Below, piece by piece: positions 8,895 to 18,375 of a stretch of 64,000 nt of DNA. Under the pieces are notes generated by a model. The model made no database searches. It worked only from the letters and a program-made list of their open reading frames with translations, and was not told where the DNA came from. Source of the stretch: Anaerolineae bacterium (lineage in GTDB: Bacteria > Chloroflexota > Anaerolineae > Aggregatilineales > J027); the NCBI GenBank assembly GCA_019913005.1, contig JAIOHL010000105.1:11177-75176 (forward strand), given 5' to 3'. Position 1 is the first letter of the stretch. Every line of letters starts with the position of its first letter. Made by a program: the position numbers and the translations under genes.

Positions 8895-10145
8895 ATGCGA
8901 ACAAGACGAACCTTAGTGATTCTCGCCTTTCTAATCGCTATAATGATTATACCCGTTCCCAAAAGTCATGCCCAAGAACCATGGGAAGTCATTTTATTTA
9001 ACAGCAATACCTTTACTGTTTCGACACTGACCCCACAAGGCATCACCTCGCAATTCACGCTGCCTAAACCGAACGTACCACAAGCATCCTTCTACAGTCC
9101 GGTCCTTTCACCCGACCACACGAAACTTGCCTTTCTTGGAAATTACACCCGTGCCGATGGTGTCACCTATCAAAATTCCATATTTGTAGCGGATTTGGTC
9201 AGTCAAACATGCTGTGTTGAACTGATTGACCCGTTGAACTCTGTGATGGATGGGGCAATCATTGGCCCATTCAGCCCGGATAGCAGCCAAATCGCCGCCA
9301 CATTGTTTAGCACCCAAGCTATGATGGGAACGGCAGATATTCCGGCCCTGCTGACGACCTTCGATGTCAACACGGGGATTGTTACCGGCAATAAATCTGT
9401 TAATGACCTCTATCCCGATTACGTCACGAGTATGAGTGTCCCAGTCGAAAGCGCGGTTTTTGGGGCGTGGAAAACGGATGGGCTTCGAGTCGCAGCGAGT
9501 TGCCTTAATTGTTATATTGGCGTGATTGAGGGCCTCTATCAAGTTTGGGATCCAGCAGCGGGCACACTCAGCGACCCTATTGAACCCTTTAACATGATTT
9601 TTCGGCGGCATGAACTGGCGGGCACGGGCGAAAGTGTGGCGGGGGTTTTTGATGAGTCCTATCCTGCCAGCGGCGCAGTTTATCCCGAAGGTGTACCGCC
9701 CAATGTAGTGTTTTATTTTGCTGACCCCACCCAAGCCGAAGGTCAATTGTTGTACCTACATCCTGATGCCCTCCCCCTCGGGTTGACGGAATGGGTCGTG
9801 AACGGTGAAGCCATCCTCGTTACGTTCTATAATTTTGGGGTACAGGAAGGGTTTGAACTGCCCATGCCAACTACCCTTGCTGGGGCGGAAGTTATTTTCC
9901 GGGATGGGACGCATCTGACGGCATCCATGACGGAAACGGAGGGCTTCATGACAGGTACACCGGATGGATGGCTCACACACAACTATCAAACCAACGAGAT
10001 TTTGTATTATCAAGTCGCCAATGGTGCGGTCACCAGCACCAGCCTCGTCATTTTGGATGAGAACGGTATGTGCTGCACTGAATTTGTGGGCATCACCCCA
10101 TCACTGGGACAAGCGATTACCCCCAGTTTCACTCTACCCCAGTAA
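8895..10145 (+). CDS. Secreted hypothetical protein with PD40-like SPD motifs
   Basis: I moved the start to ATG 8895, which follows an AGGAG and gives the signal peptide MRTRRTLVILAFLIAIMIIPVPKSHAQEP. Motifs LSPDHTKLAFLG and FSPDSSQIAA are present. I recognise no catalytic motif. Confidence 0.6.
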   Translation: MRTRRTLVILAFLIAIMIIPVPKSHAQEPWEVILFNSNTFTVSTLTPQGITSQFTLPKPNVPQASFYSPVLSPDHTKLAFLGNYTRADGVTYQNSIFVADLVSQTCCVELIDPLNSVMDGAIIGPFSPDSSQIAATLFSTQAMMGTADIPALLTTFDVNTGIVTGNKSVNDLYPDYVTSMSVPVESAVFGAWKTDGLRVAASCLNCYIGVIEGLYQVWDPAAGTLSDPIEPFNMIFRRHELAGTGESVAGVFDESYPASGAVYPEGVPPNVVFYFADPTQAEGQLLYLHPDALPLGLTEWVVNGEAILVTFYNFGVQEGFELPMPTTLAGAEVIFRDGTHLTASMTETEGFMTGTPDGWLTHNYQTNEILYYQVANGAVTSTSLVILDENGMCCTEFVGITPSLGQAITPSFTLPQ

Positions 10146-10188
10146 TCCACTCTAGCAAGCCGCCCTTGCCTTTGTTAGACTCCCTCCC

Positions 10189-10752
10189 ATGCAACTTTTT
10201 TGGGACGAGGAGTCTAACATTTCTAACCATTCATCTGATAACCACTTGGGACAGCGCATCGCCAAAAATGTTCGACGCCATCCCAAATTAACCCTCACTG
10301 CTATTTCGATCATGCGTTGGTTCCAGCCGCGTTTTACGGCGGGGGTCGTTGGGGTGCTGCTGAATAATGTGGATGAAGTCCTGCTGGTGGAGCATGTGTT
10401 TCATAGCAAAATCCCTTGGGGGTTACCGGGGGGCTGGGTCAATCGTAATGAGCTTTTGACAGCGGCGGTGGAGCGCGAATTTTTGGAGGAAACGGGGTTA
10501 AAGGTCAAAACGCTGTACCCCCTCAACACATGGTCCAGCCCTTATTGGAAAAACCATATTGATGTGGCCTTCGCGGTAGAACTGGTAGACAATACCTTGA
10601 GCCATCCACCATTAACCCTATCCCGCGAACTATTGGCCTATCAATGGTTAAGCCGCGCCGAACTCCCTCATCTTTTTAGGGAACATGTTCAGGTAATTGA
10701 CTTAGCGTTGGCATATCGTCATAGTCGAAACAGCCTCCCACCATTAAAGTAA
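10189..10752 (+). CDS. NUDIX hydrolase
   Basis: The Nudix box is GLPGGWVNRNELLTAAVEREFLEETGL (Gx5Ex7REUxEExGU). Confidence 0.85.
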   Translation: MQLFWDEESNISNHSSDNHLGQRIAKNVRRHPKLTLTAISIMRWFQPRFTAGVVGVLLNNVDEVLLVEHVFHSKIPWGLPGGWVNRNELLTAAVEREFLEETGLKVKTLYPLNTWSSPYWKNHIDVAFAVELVDNTLSHPPLTLSRELLAYQWLSRAELPHLFREHVQVIDLALAYRHSRNSLPPLK

Positions 10753-10776
10753 CCAAGATCACAGGAGGTTTAACCG

Positions 10777-12534
10777 ATGACCTTAACGGAATTACGATCC
10801 CAACAAAAACGCCGCCGTTTGCCCATTATCGAGGTTTTTTCTGGCGTCTTATTGATTATTGCCGCGATTACCTTTGGCACCAATCTGGTATCCTATAGCG
10901 ACAGTTCCAACGACCTCGGCACAGATGTCACTATTGGCGGTGTCCAAGTCGGCGGGTTGGATGCGGGTACACGCCTCGCCCGTCTCGAAGCGGTTTATAT
11001 AGATCAACCCATTGTAATGCGCTATGAAGGTAGCCCGATACTGCTGAATCCGAGTGAGGTTGGTTTCCAACTCGATACCGAAGCCATGCAAGCCGCTGCC
11101 GAACGCCAAAGTGGAACCGACGATGATTTTTGGACAGGCTTCTGGAATTATTTGTGGAATCGCCCTCAACCCGCGATTGACGTGCCATTGATTGCCAACC
11201 TATCGGAAGTTGAATTAAGCCAATATATCCAAGACCTCTCCAACCGTTATGATCGGGATGCGGCGACGGCCAGTTATGATTTGACAACAGGCACTTTCCA
11301 AAATAGCAGTTCCTATACCCGTCTTGACCAGCAGCAGACCGCCGCACTCATTCGGTCAGCCTTATACGAATCTGATCCGACCAAACGGGTGATTGAACTG
11401 CCCATCACCACTACCCCCGGTCAAGCCGCCACAATGGACACCCTGCGCCAAGCGATTATCGAATACATCGAAACTTCACGCGGCATGTTCTATAACGGCC
11501 AAAACACCGTCGTTTCGATGTATGTAATGAACCTGAACACAGGCGAGGAAATGGGCATTTTGCCGAACGCACATGTTTTGGCAAGCAGCACCATCAAAAT
11601 CGGCACCCTCATCAATTTTTTCCGCTATCAAATCACCTCTCCGACTGACGATTTGAAATATTTACTGGCGGCAGCCGTTATTTGCTCAAACAATAGCGCG
11701 GCCAACACGCTAACAATCTATACTGGGGAACAAGCGATTGTTCCCGGCTTACAAAAATTGAATGATACCTTTTGTAAGGCTGGCGCTGTCAACACAAACT
11801 TACTTAGCATGATTGATGTTGGCCCGCAGGAAACCTTGCCTATCCCTGATTATTACACTACCGTCTACCCAACACCCTGCCCCGGTGCGAGTGTTGCCAG
11901 CGCCCAAATTGACACCTCAGTCAATACTCAACTTCCGAGCAACCAAAATGTCACCACTGCCGCTGATATGGGCACGATGCTCATGATGATTTATGACTGC
12001 GCCTATAATGGTAGCGGCCTATTGAGCGTCTTCCCTGATGAAATCACCCAGACCGAATGTCGGCAAATCATCGAAATCCTGAAGGGCACACACTTTCGCC
12101 GTCTGTTGGAATTGGGTGTTCCAGAGGGTGTGACCATCGCGCATAAGGTCGGATATGTACCATCTGCTGGCGTGGTAGGGGATGTCGGTATCGTCTTTTC
12201 AGAGGGTGCGCCCTACGTCTTTGTGATGTACGTATGGGATGGCGTCAATATCAACGCCCCCGGCGTACAAGTCACCCAGGACTGGACATTGATTGAAGAC
12301 GTTTCTCGCCTTGTTTATAACTACTTCAATCCGAATGAACCCATGCTGCAAACGCGCCAACCCTATTTGGCTGATCGAGGCGCAGCGTGCGTGATGCCTT
12401 ACAGCGGAGCGGAAATTAACTTGGAAGACATCAATCAAAATCGTTTTGATATTGATGGAAATCCGCTCACATCGGCTTGTTATGATTGGCCCGATTGCAG
12501 ACCCTTTGATAACTGGGGACGCGACGCGCAATAG
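10777..12534 (+). CDS. Membrane-anchored serine hydrolase, class A beta-lactamase-like, with an N-terminal PG-binding-like region
   Basis: 585 aa with an N-terminal TM. It carries an SxxK motif (ASSTIKIG), an SDN-like motif (CSNNSAAN) and a KTG-like motif (HKVGY). Confidence 0.65.
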   Translation: MTLTELRSQQKRRRLPIIEVFSGVLLIIAAITFGTNLVSYSDSSNDLGTDVTIGGVQVGGLDAGTRLARLEAVYIDQPIVMRYEGSPILLNPSEVGFQLDTEAMQAAAERQSGTDDDFWTGFWNYLWNRPQPAIDVPLIANLSEVELSQYIQDLSNRYDRDAATASYDLTTGTFQNSSSYTRLDQQQTAALIRSALYESDPTKRVIELPITTTPGQAATMDTLRQAIIEYIETSRGMFYNGQNTVVSMYVMNLNTGEEMGILPNAHVLASSTIKIGTLINFFRYQITSPTDDLKYLLAAAVICSNNSAANTLTIYTGEQAIVPGLQKLNDTFCKAGAVNTNLLSMIDVGPQETLPIPDYYTTVYPTPCPGASVASAQIDTSVNTQLPSNQNVTTAADMGTMLMMIYDCAYNGSGLLSVFPDEITQTECRQIIEILKGTHFRRLLELGVPEGVTIAHKVGYVPSAGVVGDVGIVFSEGAPYVFVMYVWDGVNINAPGVQVTQDWTLIEDVSRLVYNYFNPNEPMLQTRQPYLADRGAACVMPYSGAEINLEDINQNRFDIDGNPLTSACYDWPDCRPFDNWGRDAQ

Positions 12535-12554
12535 GCGGATGGTCTAGGCCAATA

Positions 12555-12584
12555 TTGCCATGTATTTTAGGCCGCTGGTATAAT
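12555..12584 (+). promoter_or_regulatory. Candidate promoter (extended -10) for yebC
   Basis: TTGCCA (12555-12560), 18-nt spacer, TGgTATAAT with the hexamer at 12579-12584. It implies a 5-prime UTR of about 75 nt, with a GGAG RBS before the ATG at 12665. Confidence 0.4.
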
Positions 12585-12664
12585 TGCGTTGATATAGAGC
12601 GGTTTCTGACTAGACAATTATAAACCACCATGCAGTGGATTGAAGTGGAATTGGAGATTATACG

Positions 12665-13420
12665 ATGTCCGGTCATAGTAAATGGTCAACGATTAAACGT
12701 CGTAAGGGCGCAGAAGACGCCAAACGCGGCAAGATTTTTACCCGTATTGGGCGCGAACTGATGACGGCTGCTCGTGAAGGGGGGCCAGACCCAAACGCCA
12801 ACCCTCGGCTGCGTATCGCGGTAGATAAAGCCCGTGCTTCCAACATGCCCAAAGACAATATTGAACGGGCCATCAATAAAGGGGCAGGCATTGGCGAAGA
12901 TGCGGTAGAGTTTGAAGAAATCACCTATGAAGGCTATGCCCCTCACGGGATTGCTCTCATGGTGGATACGCTGACTGATAACCGTAATCGCACCCTTGCG
13001 GAAGTCAAACACGCCTTCACTCGCAACAATGGCACCATGGGCAGCAGTGGCGCGGTACAATGGCAGTTTAATCAAAAAGGCTATATCGAGATTTCCGCCG
13101 AAGGGGTGGACTTTGATACCCTATTTATGACAGCAGCCGAAGCAGGCGCGGAGGATGTTGAGGGGGGCGAAGAAACGATTTCCGTTTACACGACCCGCGA
13201 ACATCTCAGTCCTGTTGAACGGGCACTAGCTGAGGCAGGTTACAAGGTTACGGACAGCAAATTGATCTGGTCGCCCACCAACGAAGTCGAACTCGAACCC
13301 GATCAGGCGGTACAGGTCTTTAAGCTGATTGAAAAATTGGAAGAACTGGACGACGTGCAAACGGTATCTAGCAATCTGAAGGTCAGCGACGAAGCCATCG
13401 CCGCCTTTGAACAAAGCTAA
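12665..13420 (+). CDS. yebC: YebC/PmpR family DNA-binding regulator
   Basis: The N-terminus MSGHSKWSTIKRRKGAEDAKRGKIFTR is the family hallmark. It is 251 aa and sits upstream of ruvC, as in many bacteria. Confidence 0.95.
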   Translation: MSGHSKWSTIKRRKGAEDAKRGKIFTRIGRELMTAAREGGPDPNANPRLRIAVDKARASNMPKDNIERAINKGAGIGEDAVEFEEITYEGYAPHGIALMVDTLTDNRNRTLAEVKHAFTRNNGTMGSSGAVQWQFNQKGYIEISAEGVDFDTLFMTAAEAGAEDVEGGEETISVYTTREHLSPVERALAEAGYKVTDSKLIWSPTNEVELEPDQAVQVFKLIEKLEELDDVQTVSSNLKVSDEAIAAFEQS

Positions 13421-13446
13421 ACATGACAACCCTTGATATCTTTAAG

Positions 13447-13476
13447 CCCCTCTCTGTCATTGGGGAGGGGTGAGGT
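13447..13476 (+). repeat. G-rich intergenic hairpin element (CCCCTC...GGGGAGGGG TGAGGT), family copy 1
   Basis: CCCCTC (13447-52) pairs with GAGGGG (13465-70) and is followed by TGAGGT. The same architecture is seen at 28833-28867 and 36947-36983. Confidence 0.45.
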
Positions 13477-13484
13477 ACAACCTT

Positions 13485-13976
13485 ATGCTTGTCCTCGGTC
13501 TTGACCCCGGTACCGCACGAACAGGGTATGGCCTTGTGCGTGAACACCCTGACGGCACATTGGAAGCCATCGCCTATGGGGTTTATATCACCACGCCCGA
13601 CACCCCAACCGCCCATCGTCTGCTCTCGCTGTACCATCAACTCAACCAAACCCTCGCCAACCATCATCCGCAACAAGTCGCTATCGAAGAACTGTTTTTT
13701 GGCAAAAACGTGACCACCGGGATCAAAGTGGCCCAAGCACGCGGGGTGTTATTGTTGGCATTAGCCCAAGCCGGACTGCCGATTTACGAATACAAACCCA
13801 AAACCGCCAAAATGACCATTACAGGTTTTGGGGATGCTGATAAATATCAAATGCAAGAAATGATTCGCCAACTGCTTGGCCTCGAAAGCATCCCCAAGCC
13901 CGATGATGCCGCCGACGGCTTGGCAATCGCCATTACCCATCTCCAATCTACCCGCTTCGAGCGTCTATCGGAATAA
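13485..13976 (+). CDS. ruvC: Holliday junction resolvase RuvC
   Basis: The N-terminus is MLVLGLDPGTARTGYGLV. DDAADGLAIAITH lies near the C-terminus. ATG 13485 has a GAGG 8 nt upstream, and I prefer it over the ORF-track GTG at 13470. Confidence 0.93.
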   Translation: MLVLGLDPGTARTGYGLVREHPDGTLEAIAYGVYITTPDTPTAHRLLSLYHQLNQTLANHHPQQVAIEELFFGKNVTTGIKVAQARGVLLLALAQAGLPIYEYKPKTAKMTITGFGDADKYQMQEMIRQLLGLESIPKPDDAADGLAIAITHLQSTRFERLSE

Positions 13977-13979
13977 CCT

Positions 13980-14549
13980 ATGATTGATATTGTTTCTGGT
14001 ACTGTTGCCTCACAAGGAAAAGATCATCTGGTCGTCATGGTCGGGGGCATTGGGCTGCATATTGCCGTCACCCGAACCGTATTAGAGCGGCTTGATGGCG
14101 CTTCTGTCACCCTGTATACCCATTTGATTGTGCGTGAGGATGCCCTCAGCCTCTATGGGTTCGCCGATGAAGAAGAACGATTGTTGTTCCAAACCCTGCT
14201 AACCGTGAGTGGAGTTGGCCCCAGAATCGCGCTGACCATTTTAAGCACCATCACCCGTGAGCAGCTACAACATGCCGTTGTCCATGAAGAAGCAGATGTG
14301 CTGACTCGTGTGCCCGGCATTGGAAAAAAGACCGCCCAAAAGATCGTATTCGAATTGAAGGACAAAATTGCCACCTCCCTATCAGACCGTCCGGTGGTTA
14401 TCAGCGATGTGGACGCCGACGTATTGGCAGCACTCACCACCCTCGGTTACAGCATTGTCGAAGCCCAAAGCGCCCTGCAATCTATTCCGCGTGACGCCCC
14501 CAATGAAATCGAAGAGCGAGTTCGGTTGGCACTCCAATATTTCACCTAA
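13980..14549 (+). CDS. ruvA: Holliday junction branch-migration complex subunit RuvA
   Basis: 189 aa. It has an OB-fold N-terminus, tandem HhH motifs (LLTVSGVGPRIALTIL, LTRVPGIGKKTAQKIVFELK) and a domain III tail. It starts 3 nt after ruvC. Confidence 0.93.
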   Translation: MIDIVSGTVASQGKDHLVVMVGGIGLHIAVTRTVLERLDGASVTLYTHLIVREDALSLYGFADEEERLLFQTLLTVSGVGPRIALTILSTITREQLQHAVVHEEADVLTRVPGIGKKTAQKIVFELKDKIATSLSDRPVVISDVDADVLAALTTLGYSIVEAQSALQSIPRDAPNEIEERVRLALQYFT

Positions 14550-14640
14550 TGCCGAGCGGTCTGCATTTTGCATCAAACAGGGTTCTAAAGTTAAACTAGG
14601 GCCTAGCAATTTACATTGTTTATAAACGAAAGATTGGTTC

Positions 14641-16740
14641 ATGCTGCCGACTTCTAACCGCAATCCCCTTGTCCTTTGTGTAGATGATGACACAGGGATG
14701 CAAACGATGGTCAAAACCGTGATGGAAGCGGAAGGGTATTCCGTCATCCTTGCCGCCGACGGTGCTGAGGGAGTCTCGTTATTTGAGGAGTATCAGCCCG
14801 ACATTATCCTCATGGATTTGATGATGCCCGTGATGGATGGGCTAGAGGCCTGTGCCAGAATTCAGGCACTGCCCGGTGGTGCCCAAACCCCGGTGGTTAT
14901 CATGACGGCCTATGATGAATTTGATGCAGTCGAGCAGGCGTTTAAGGCTGGCAGCACCGATTATTTAACTAAGCCCATCAATTGGGCCGTCTTGCGCAAT
15001 CGGGTACGCCGTCTGCTTAAATCGCGCGAGCTAGAAGACAATCTTCAAGAGAAAATCCAGCAGTTGGATATTTTGCATCGTATTGACCGTGAGTTGGGCT
15101 ACACCCTCAATATTGACCGTGTATTGAATTTGGCAATTGACAGTGCGCTGCGCCGTAGTGGGGCGACGGTCTGTGGGTTAGCATGGCTGAACGAAGAAAC
15201 GTTGTTATTTGAACGGTTGGCGAGTGTGGGGAAATCGCAAATTGTTACGGGGCCAATGACACTCGACTCCCTATACAAAAACTATCCCTATACGATCAAG
15301 ATGTTTCAGGACAATACCCCCGTCGTGGATGCCCGCCCCAATGATCGCACGGGCAATTTGTTCATCCCGATGATGATGCGTGGCAAACCCGCTGGTTTTA
15401 TCGCTCTTGAAAATGTGCCCGTGAGTGAATTCACCAACAGCAGTGACTGGGAATTTTTGGTGCATCTCGCTGGACGCACCGCCGCCGCCCTCGACAAAAC
15501 CCGCATCTATCAAAAAACGCAGACGTATGCCAGTCAACTTGAAAAACTCTATCAAGTCAGCACCACCATTTCGAGCCGATTGGAGCGCCAAGATGTCAGC
15601 GAGCTATCGGCACGGGGTATTGTCACGCTGTTAGAAGGCTCAAGCGCCTGTTTCCTTGAATACGATCCACGCATCAAGGTGCTGCGGGTCAAAAACGGCT
15701 TTGTGCAGGAGAAAATGCTGGACGCCCTGCCAGACGAGGGCACGCTGTATAGTGAACAAGATTATCCCGATTTAATGCGAACGGTCAGAGAGGGACCGCG
15801 TCAATTCCGTCTGAGCGATTCGTCCGTTAATCCTCGCATCAACAGCATCATCACCGCCATGAAAGCGCAGTCCATTCTGGTTGTGCCGCTGATCTATGAA
15901 GAAGATTTATTGGGGATGCTGATCTTATGTGAAAGCCGCAATAATCGCCAATTTCAGCCTGACGAAATCAGCCTTGTGCGCAGTATGGCCCTGCAAGCAA
16001 CCGTCGCATTACAGCAAGCCACCCTCTTTGCCAATGTGCGCGAGTTGGAACAGGTCAAATCGGAAATGATTCGGATGGCCTCGCACGACTTACGTAATCC
16101 GCTGCACAGTGTCAAAGGCTATCTTGAACTGCTGTTGATGGATTTAGCCTCACGTCTTGATGCCCAACAAACCGAATTTGTGACCCGCATGAAAAACGGT
16201 CTCAATCGAATGCAGAGTTTGATGGAAGACATCTTAAACCTAGAAAAAATTGAGAGTCAGCAAGACATCAAACGCCAACCGGTCAATATGTGGATGGTAG
16301 TCAGTGAGGTCAGCGAAAGTGGACGCTCACAGGCCGACCTAAAACATCAAAACTACATCGTGAATCTGCCACCACAATCTGTCTTGGTGTCGGGCAGCGA
16401 AATTCAATTGACCCAAGCCTTCACCAATTTGGTTGGGAATGCCATCAAATACACCCCGGATGAGGGTCGGGTCGAGGTACGCAGTTGGGTAGAAAATGGG
16501 CGGTTTCAGTTCGAAGTGGAGGATAGTGGCTTTGGGATTCCACAGGATCGCCAAAATGGTTTATTCCAGCGATTCTATCGTGCCCAAGCGCCCGGGACGG
16601 AGGATATTCCCGGCACTGGCTTGGGGCTAAGTCTGGTTAAAGCGGTGATTGAACGACATGGGGGTGAGGTTTATTTTTCCAGCACCCCCGGTGTTGGCAG
16701 CACTTTTGGTTGCTGGTTGCCTCTCACGGATACCCAATAG
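14641..16740 (+). CDS. Hybrid response-regulator receiver, GAF and histidine kinase
   Basis: REC domain (LCVDDD, IILMDLMMP, YLTKP). Two GAF-like regions follow. The H-box is MASHDLRNPL and the ATP-binding boxes are GNAIKYT, VEDSGFGIP, FQRFYR and GTGLGLSLV. Confidence 0.9.
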   Translation: MLPTSNRNPLVLCVDDDTGMQTMVKTVMEAEGYSVILAADGAEGVSLFEEYQPDIILMDLMMPVMDGLEACARIQALPGGAQTPVVIMTAYDEFDAVEQAFKAGSTDYLTKPINWAVLRNRVRRLLKSRELEDNLQEKIQQLDILHRIDRELGYTLNIDRVLNLAIDSALRRSGATVCGLAWLNEETLLFERLASVGKSQIVTGPMTLDSLYKNYPYTIKMFQDNTPVVDARPNDRTGNLFIPMMMRGKPAGFIALENVPVSEFTNSSDWEFLVHLAGRTAAALDKTRIYQKTQTYASQLEKLYQVSTTISSRLERQDVSELSARGIVTLLEGSSACFLEYDPRIKVLRVKNGFVQEKMLDALPDEGTLYSEQDYPDLMRTVREGPRQFRLSDSSVNPRINSIITAMKAQSILVVPLIYEEDLLGMLILCESRNNRQFQPDEISLVRSMALQATVALQQATLFANVRELEQVKSEMIRMASHDLRNPLHSVKGYLELLLMDLASRLDAQQTEFVTRMKNGLNRMQSLMEDILNLEKIESQQDIKRQPVNMWMVVSEVSESGRSQADLKHQNYIVNLPPQSVLVSGSEIQLTQAFTNLVGNAIKYTPDEGRVEVRSWVENGRFQFEVEDSGFGIPQDRQNGLFQRFYRAQAPGTEDIPGTGLGLSLVKAVIERHGGEVYFSSTPGVGSTFGCWLPLTDTQ

Positions 16741-16746
16741 TTAATA

Positions 16747-16778
16747 AAAGAGCCGACCCACAAGATCGGCTCTTTTTT
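16747..16778. terminator. Rho-independent terminator between convergent genes (bidirectional)
   Basis: AAAGAGCCGA, a 9-nt loop, then TCGGCTCTTT, followed by a T-run to 16778 and preceded by an A-run. It lies between the stop at 16740 (+) and the stop at 16797 (-). Confidence 0.8.
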
Positions 16779-16796
16779 CTGATTTCGTTTTGGGAA

Positions 16797-17501
16797 TTAA
16801 CCATTGACGAACACTTCGTTATCAATAGCCCCGCAATCAATGACCGCACCATTTTGTTTGGCCCGCACCGACCAATAATAAGTGCCGCGCGTGGGGAAAT
16901 AATCCCCGGTGAATGTGATTTGCGTTTCGGGAATCTCGGTTGAAAATACCACGTCCCCTGCCACGTCATACAATTCCACCGCGTAGGTGACTCCTTCGGC
17001 GGTCACCGGAAACCAATAAATGGTCAAGTCGGTGTTTGCAAAATGCTGGTCAATATTTCGCTCATAGTCGGGCGCGAAACTATCACAGATCGCAGGGCGT
17101 TCGAAGGTCGGTATGACCAACGTTGGGGGAGCCACTGAGGGCGTGGTAGCGGCGCTACTGCCCGAACTGGGTGTCCATGTGGGAGGCAGGGTCGGCCCTC
17201 CGCCGCGTGTTGGGATAGGCGCTGTTTGACTGGTTGGCTGTCCAACATTACCAGATGTGGCGTTAGAATCTGGATTTCGCACATCAATCGTCGCCGGGGG
17301 AGGCAGCGTCGGATTGGTGATAATCGGGATGGTGGTTGCAGTTGGTACATCGGTAGCAGCAGTGGTCGGCAATGGGGTGCTCTCACTGCCACCACTCAAA
17401 CCCCCATTGTCTTTGTCTTTATCACCACCACACGCCGCTAAAATTAGAGCTAAGATCAGTAACCCCCACAGCGATAATCGGCGCATTAGCTTTCCCTCCA
17501 A
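16797..17501 (-). CDS. Lipoprotein with a long Pro/Thr-rich linker, function unknown
   Basis: Signal peptide plus lipobox (LILALILAACGG). About 110 aa are P/T/S-rich, followed by a roughly 100-aa globular C-terminus. Confidence 0.6.
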   Translation of the reverse strand: MEGKLMRRLSLWGLLILALILAACGGDKDKDNGGLSGGSESTPLPTTAATDVPTATTIPIITNPTLPPPATIDVRNPDSNATSGNVGQPTSQTAPIPTRGGGPTLPPTWTPSSGSSAATTPSVAPPTLVIPTFERPAICDSFAPDYERNIDQHFANTDLTIYWFPVTAEGVTYAVELYDVAGDVVFSTEIPETQITFTGDYFPTRGTYYWSVRAKQNGAVIDCGAIDNEVFVNG

Positions 17502-17507
17502 GCCATC

Positions 17508-17909
17508 TTATAGGACAAAACCAAATAATAAACTCAATATAATTTCTAGCGCAAAAATGAGAAAGACCATCACGCCAAAAACCAGCATCCAGCCAGCAGG
17601 TCGTCCTGCCACCCACTCCACGTCTGTGTCAAAGCCGACCATGGCCCACCATCCAATACCATAGGTCACTAACCAAATCACGGCCAAAATAGTGACCGGA
17701 ACGGCTGCTACCCCACCGCCTTCAACAGTATCGCTACCCGCCAATAGAAACATAATTGGCAGACCGATCAAACCAACGACTGTCAAAGAAATCAGCATGT
17801 TCACCACAATCCGCGTGGGCCGCGACATCTGGGCCACGCGACGGGTGATACTATCAATCCGGGCACTTGGCCGGGTAGGTGCTTTTGCCATACCTTTTTC
17901 TCCCCTCAC
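17508..17909 (-). CDS. Small integral membrane protein (3-4 TM)
   Basis: 133-aa hydrophobic ORF. It overlaps the glbO stop by 4 nt, which suggests translational coupling. Confidence 0.55.
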   Translation of the reverse strand: MRGEKGMAKAPTRPSARIDSITRRVAQMSRPTRIVVNMLISLTVVGLIGLPIMFLLAGSDTVEGGGVAAVPVTILAVIWLVTYGIGWWAMVGFDTDVEWVAGRPAGWMLVFGVMVFLIFALEIILSLLFGFVL

Positions 17910-18289
17910 TGAGCATTGATCAAAAATGATGCCCCATTTTCAAAATAATTCCGCATCACTGCTGCCACTTCCGGGTCAAATCCAACCTCGTCCAATGCGG
18001 CGGTCATCAGTTCGACCCAACGATTTCGCGCCGCTTGGTCAATTTTGAAAGGTGCATGACGCATCCGCAGGCGGGGATGCCCCCGTTCTTGCGAATAGGT
18101 AGTGGGGCCGCCAAAAAACTGTTCCAAGAACAATTGCAAACGACGTCGGGCCGGTTCTAAATCGTCTTCGGGATACATCGGGCGCAAAACATCATCTGTA
18201 GTGACCCGCCGATAGAACCCTGCAACCAGTTTTTCAAAGCCCACACTGCCAATAATATCGTAAACCTGACCCAGCGTAATCTCAGCCAT
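17906..18289 (-). CDS. glbO: Group II truncated hemoglobin (trHbO)
   Basis: FYRRVTTDDVLRPMYPEDDLEPARRRLQLFLEQFFGGPTTYSQERGHPRLRMRHAPFKI is a near-consensus trHbO core, as I recall it from the Mycobacterium GlbO sequence. Confidence 0.9.
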   Translation of the reverse strand: MAEITLGQVYDIIGSVGFEKLVAGFYRRVTTDDVLRPMYPEDDLEPARRRLQLFLEQFFGGPTTYSQERGHPRLRMRHAPFKIDQAARNRWVELMTAALDEVGFDPEVAAVMRNYFENGASFLINAQ

Positions 18290-18325
18290 CCATACTATTC
18301 CTGATTGAAGTATTGCATAGTGTTG

Positions 18326-18355
18326 AAAAATGCGGAGGGTTTGCTAACCCACCTC
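18326..18355 (-). terminator. Probable Rho-independent terminator of the AAA+/RF-like gene
   Basis: The minus strand reads GAGGTGGGTT-AGCA-AACCCTCCGC followed by ATTTTT. The stem is about 8 bp plus internal mismatches. Confidence 0.5.
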
Positions 18356-18375
18356 AACAAAAACTGACAAATCCT

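Noticed and set aside
13980-14640. Absence of ruvB downstream of ruvA
   Set aside because: A split between ruvA/ruvC and ruvB occurs in many bacteria. The next gene is an unrelated hybrid kinase with its own spacer. This is not evidence of loss or novelty without the rest of the genome.
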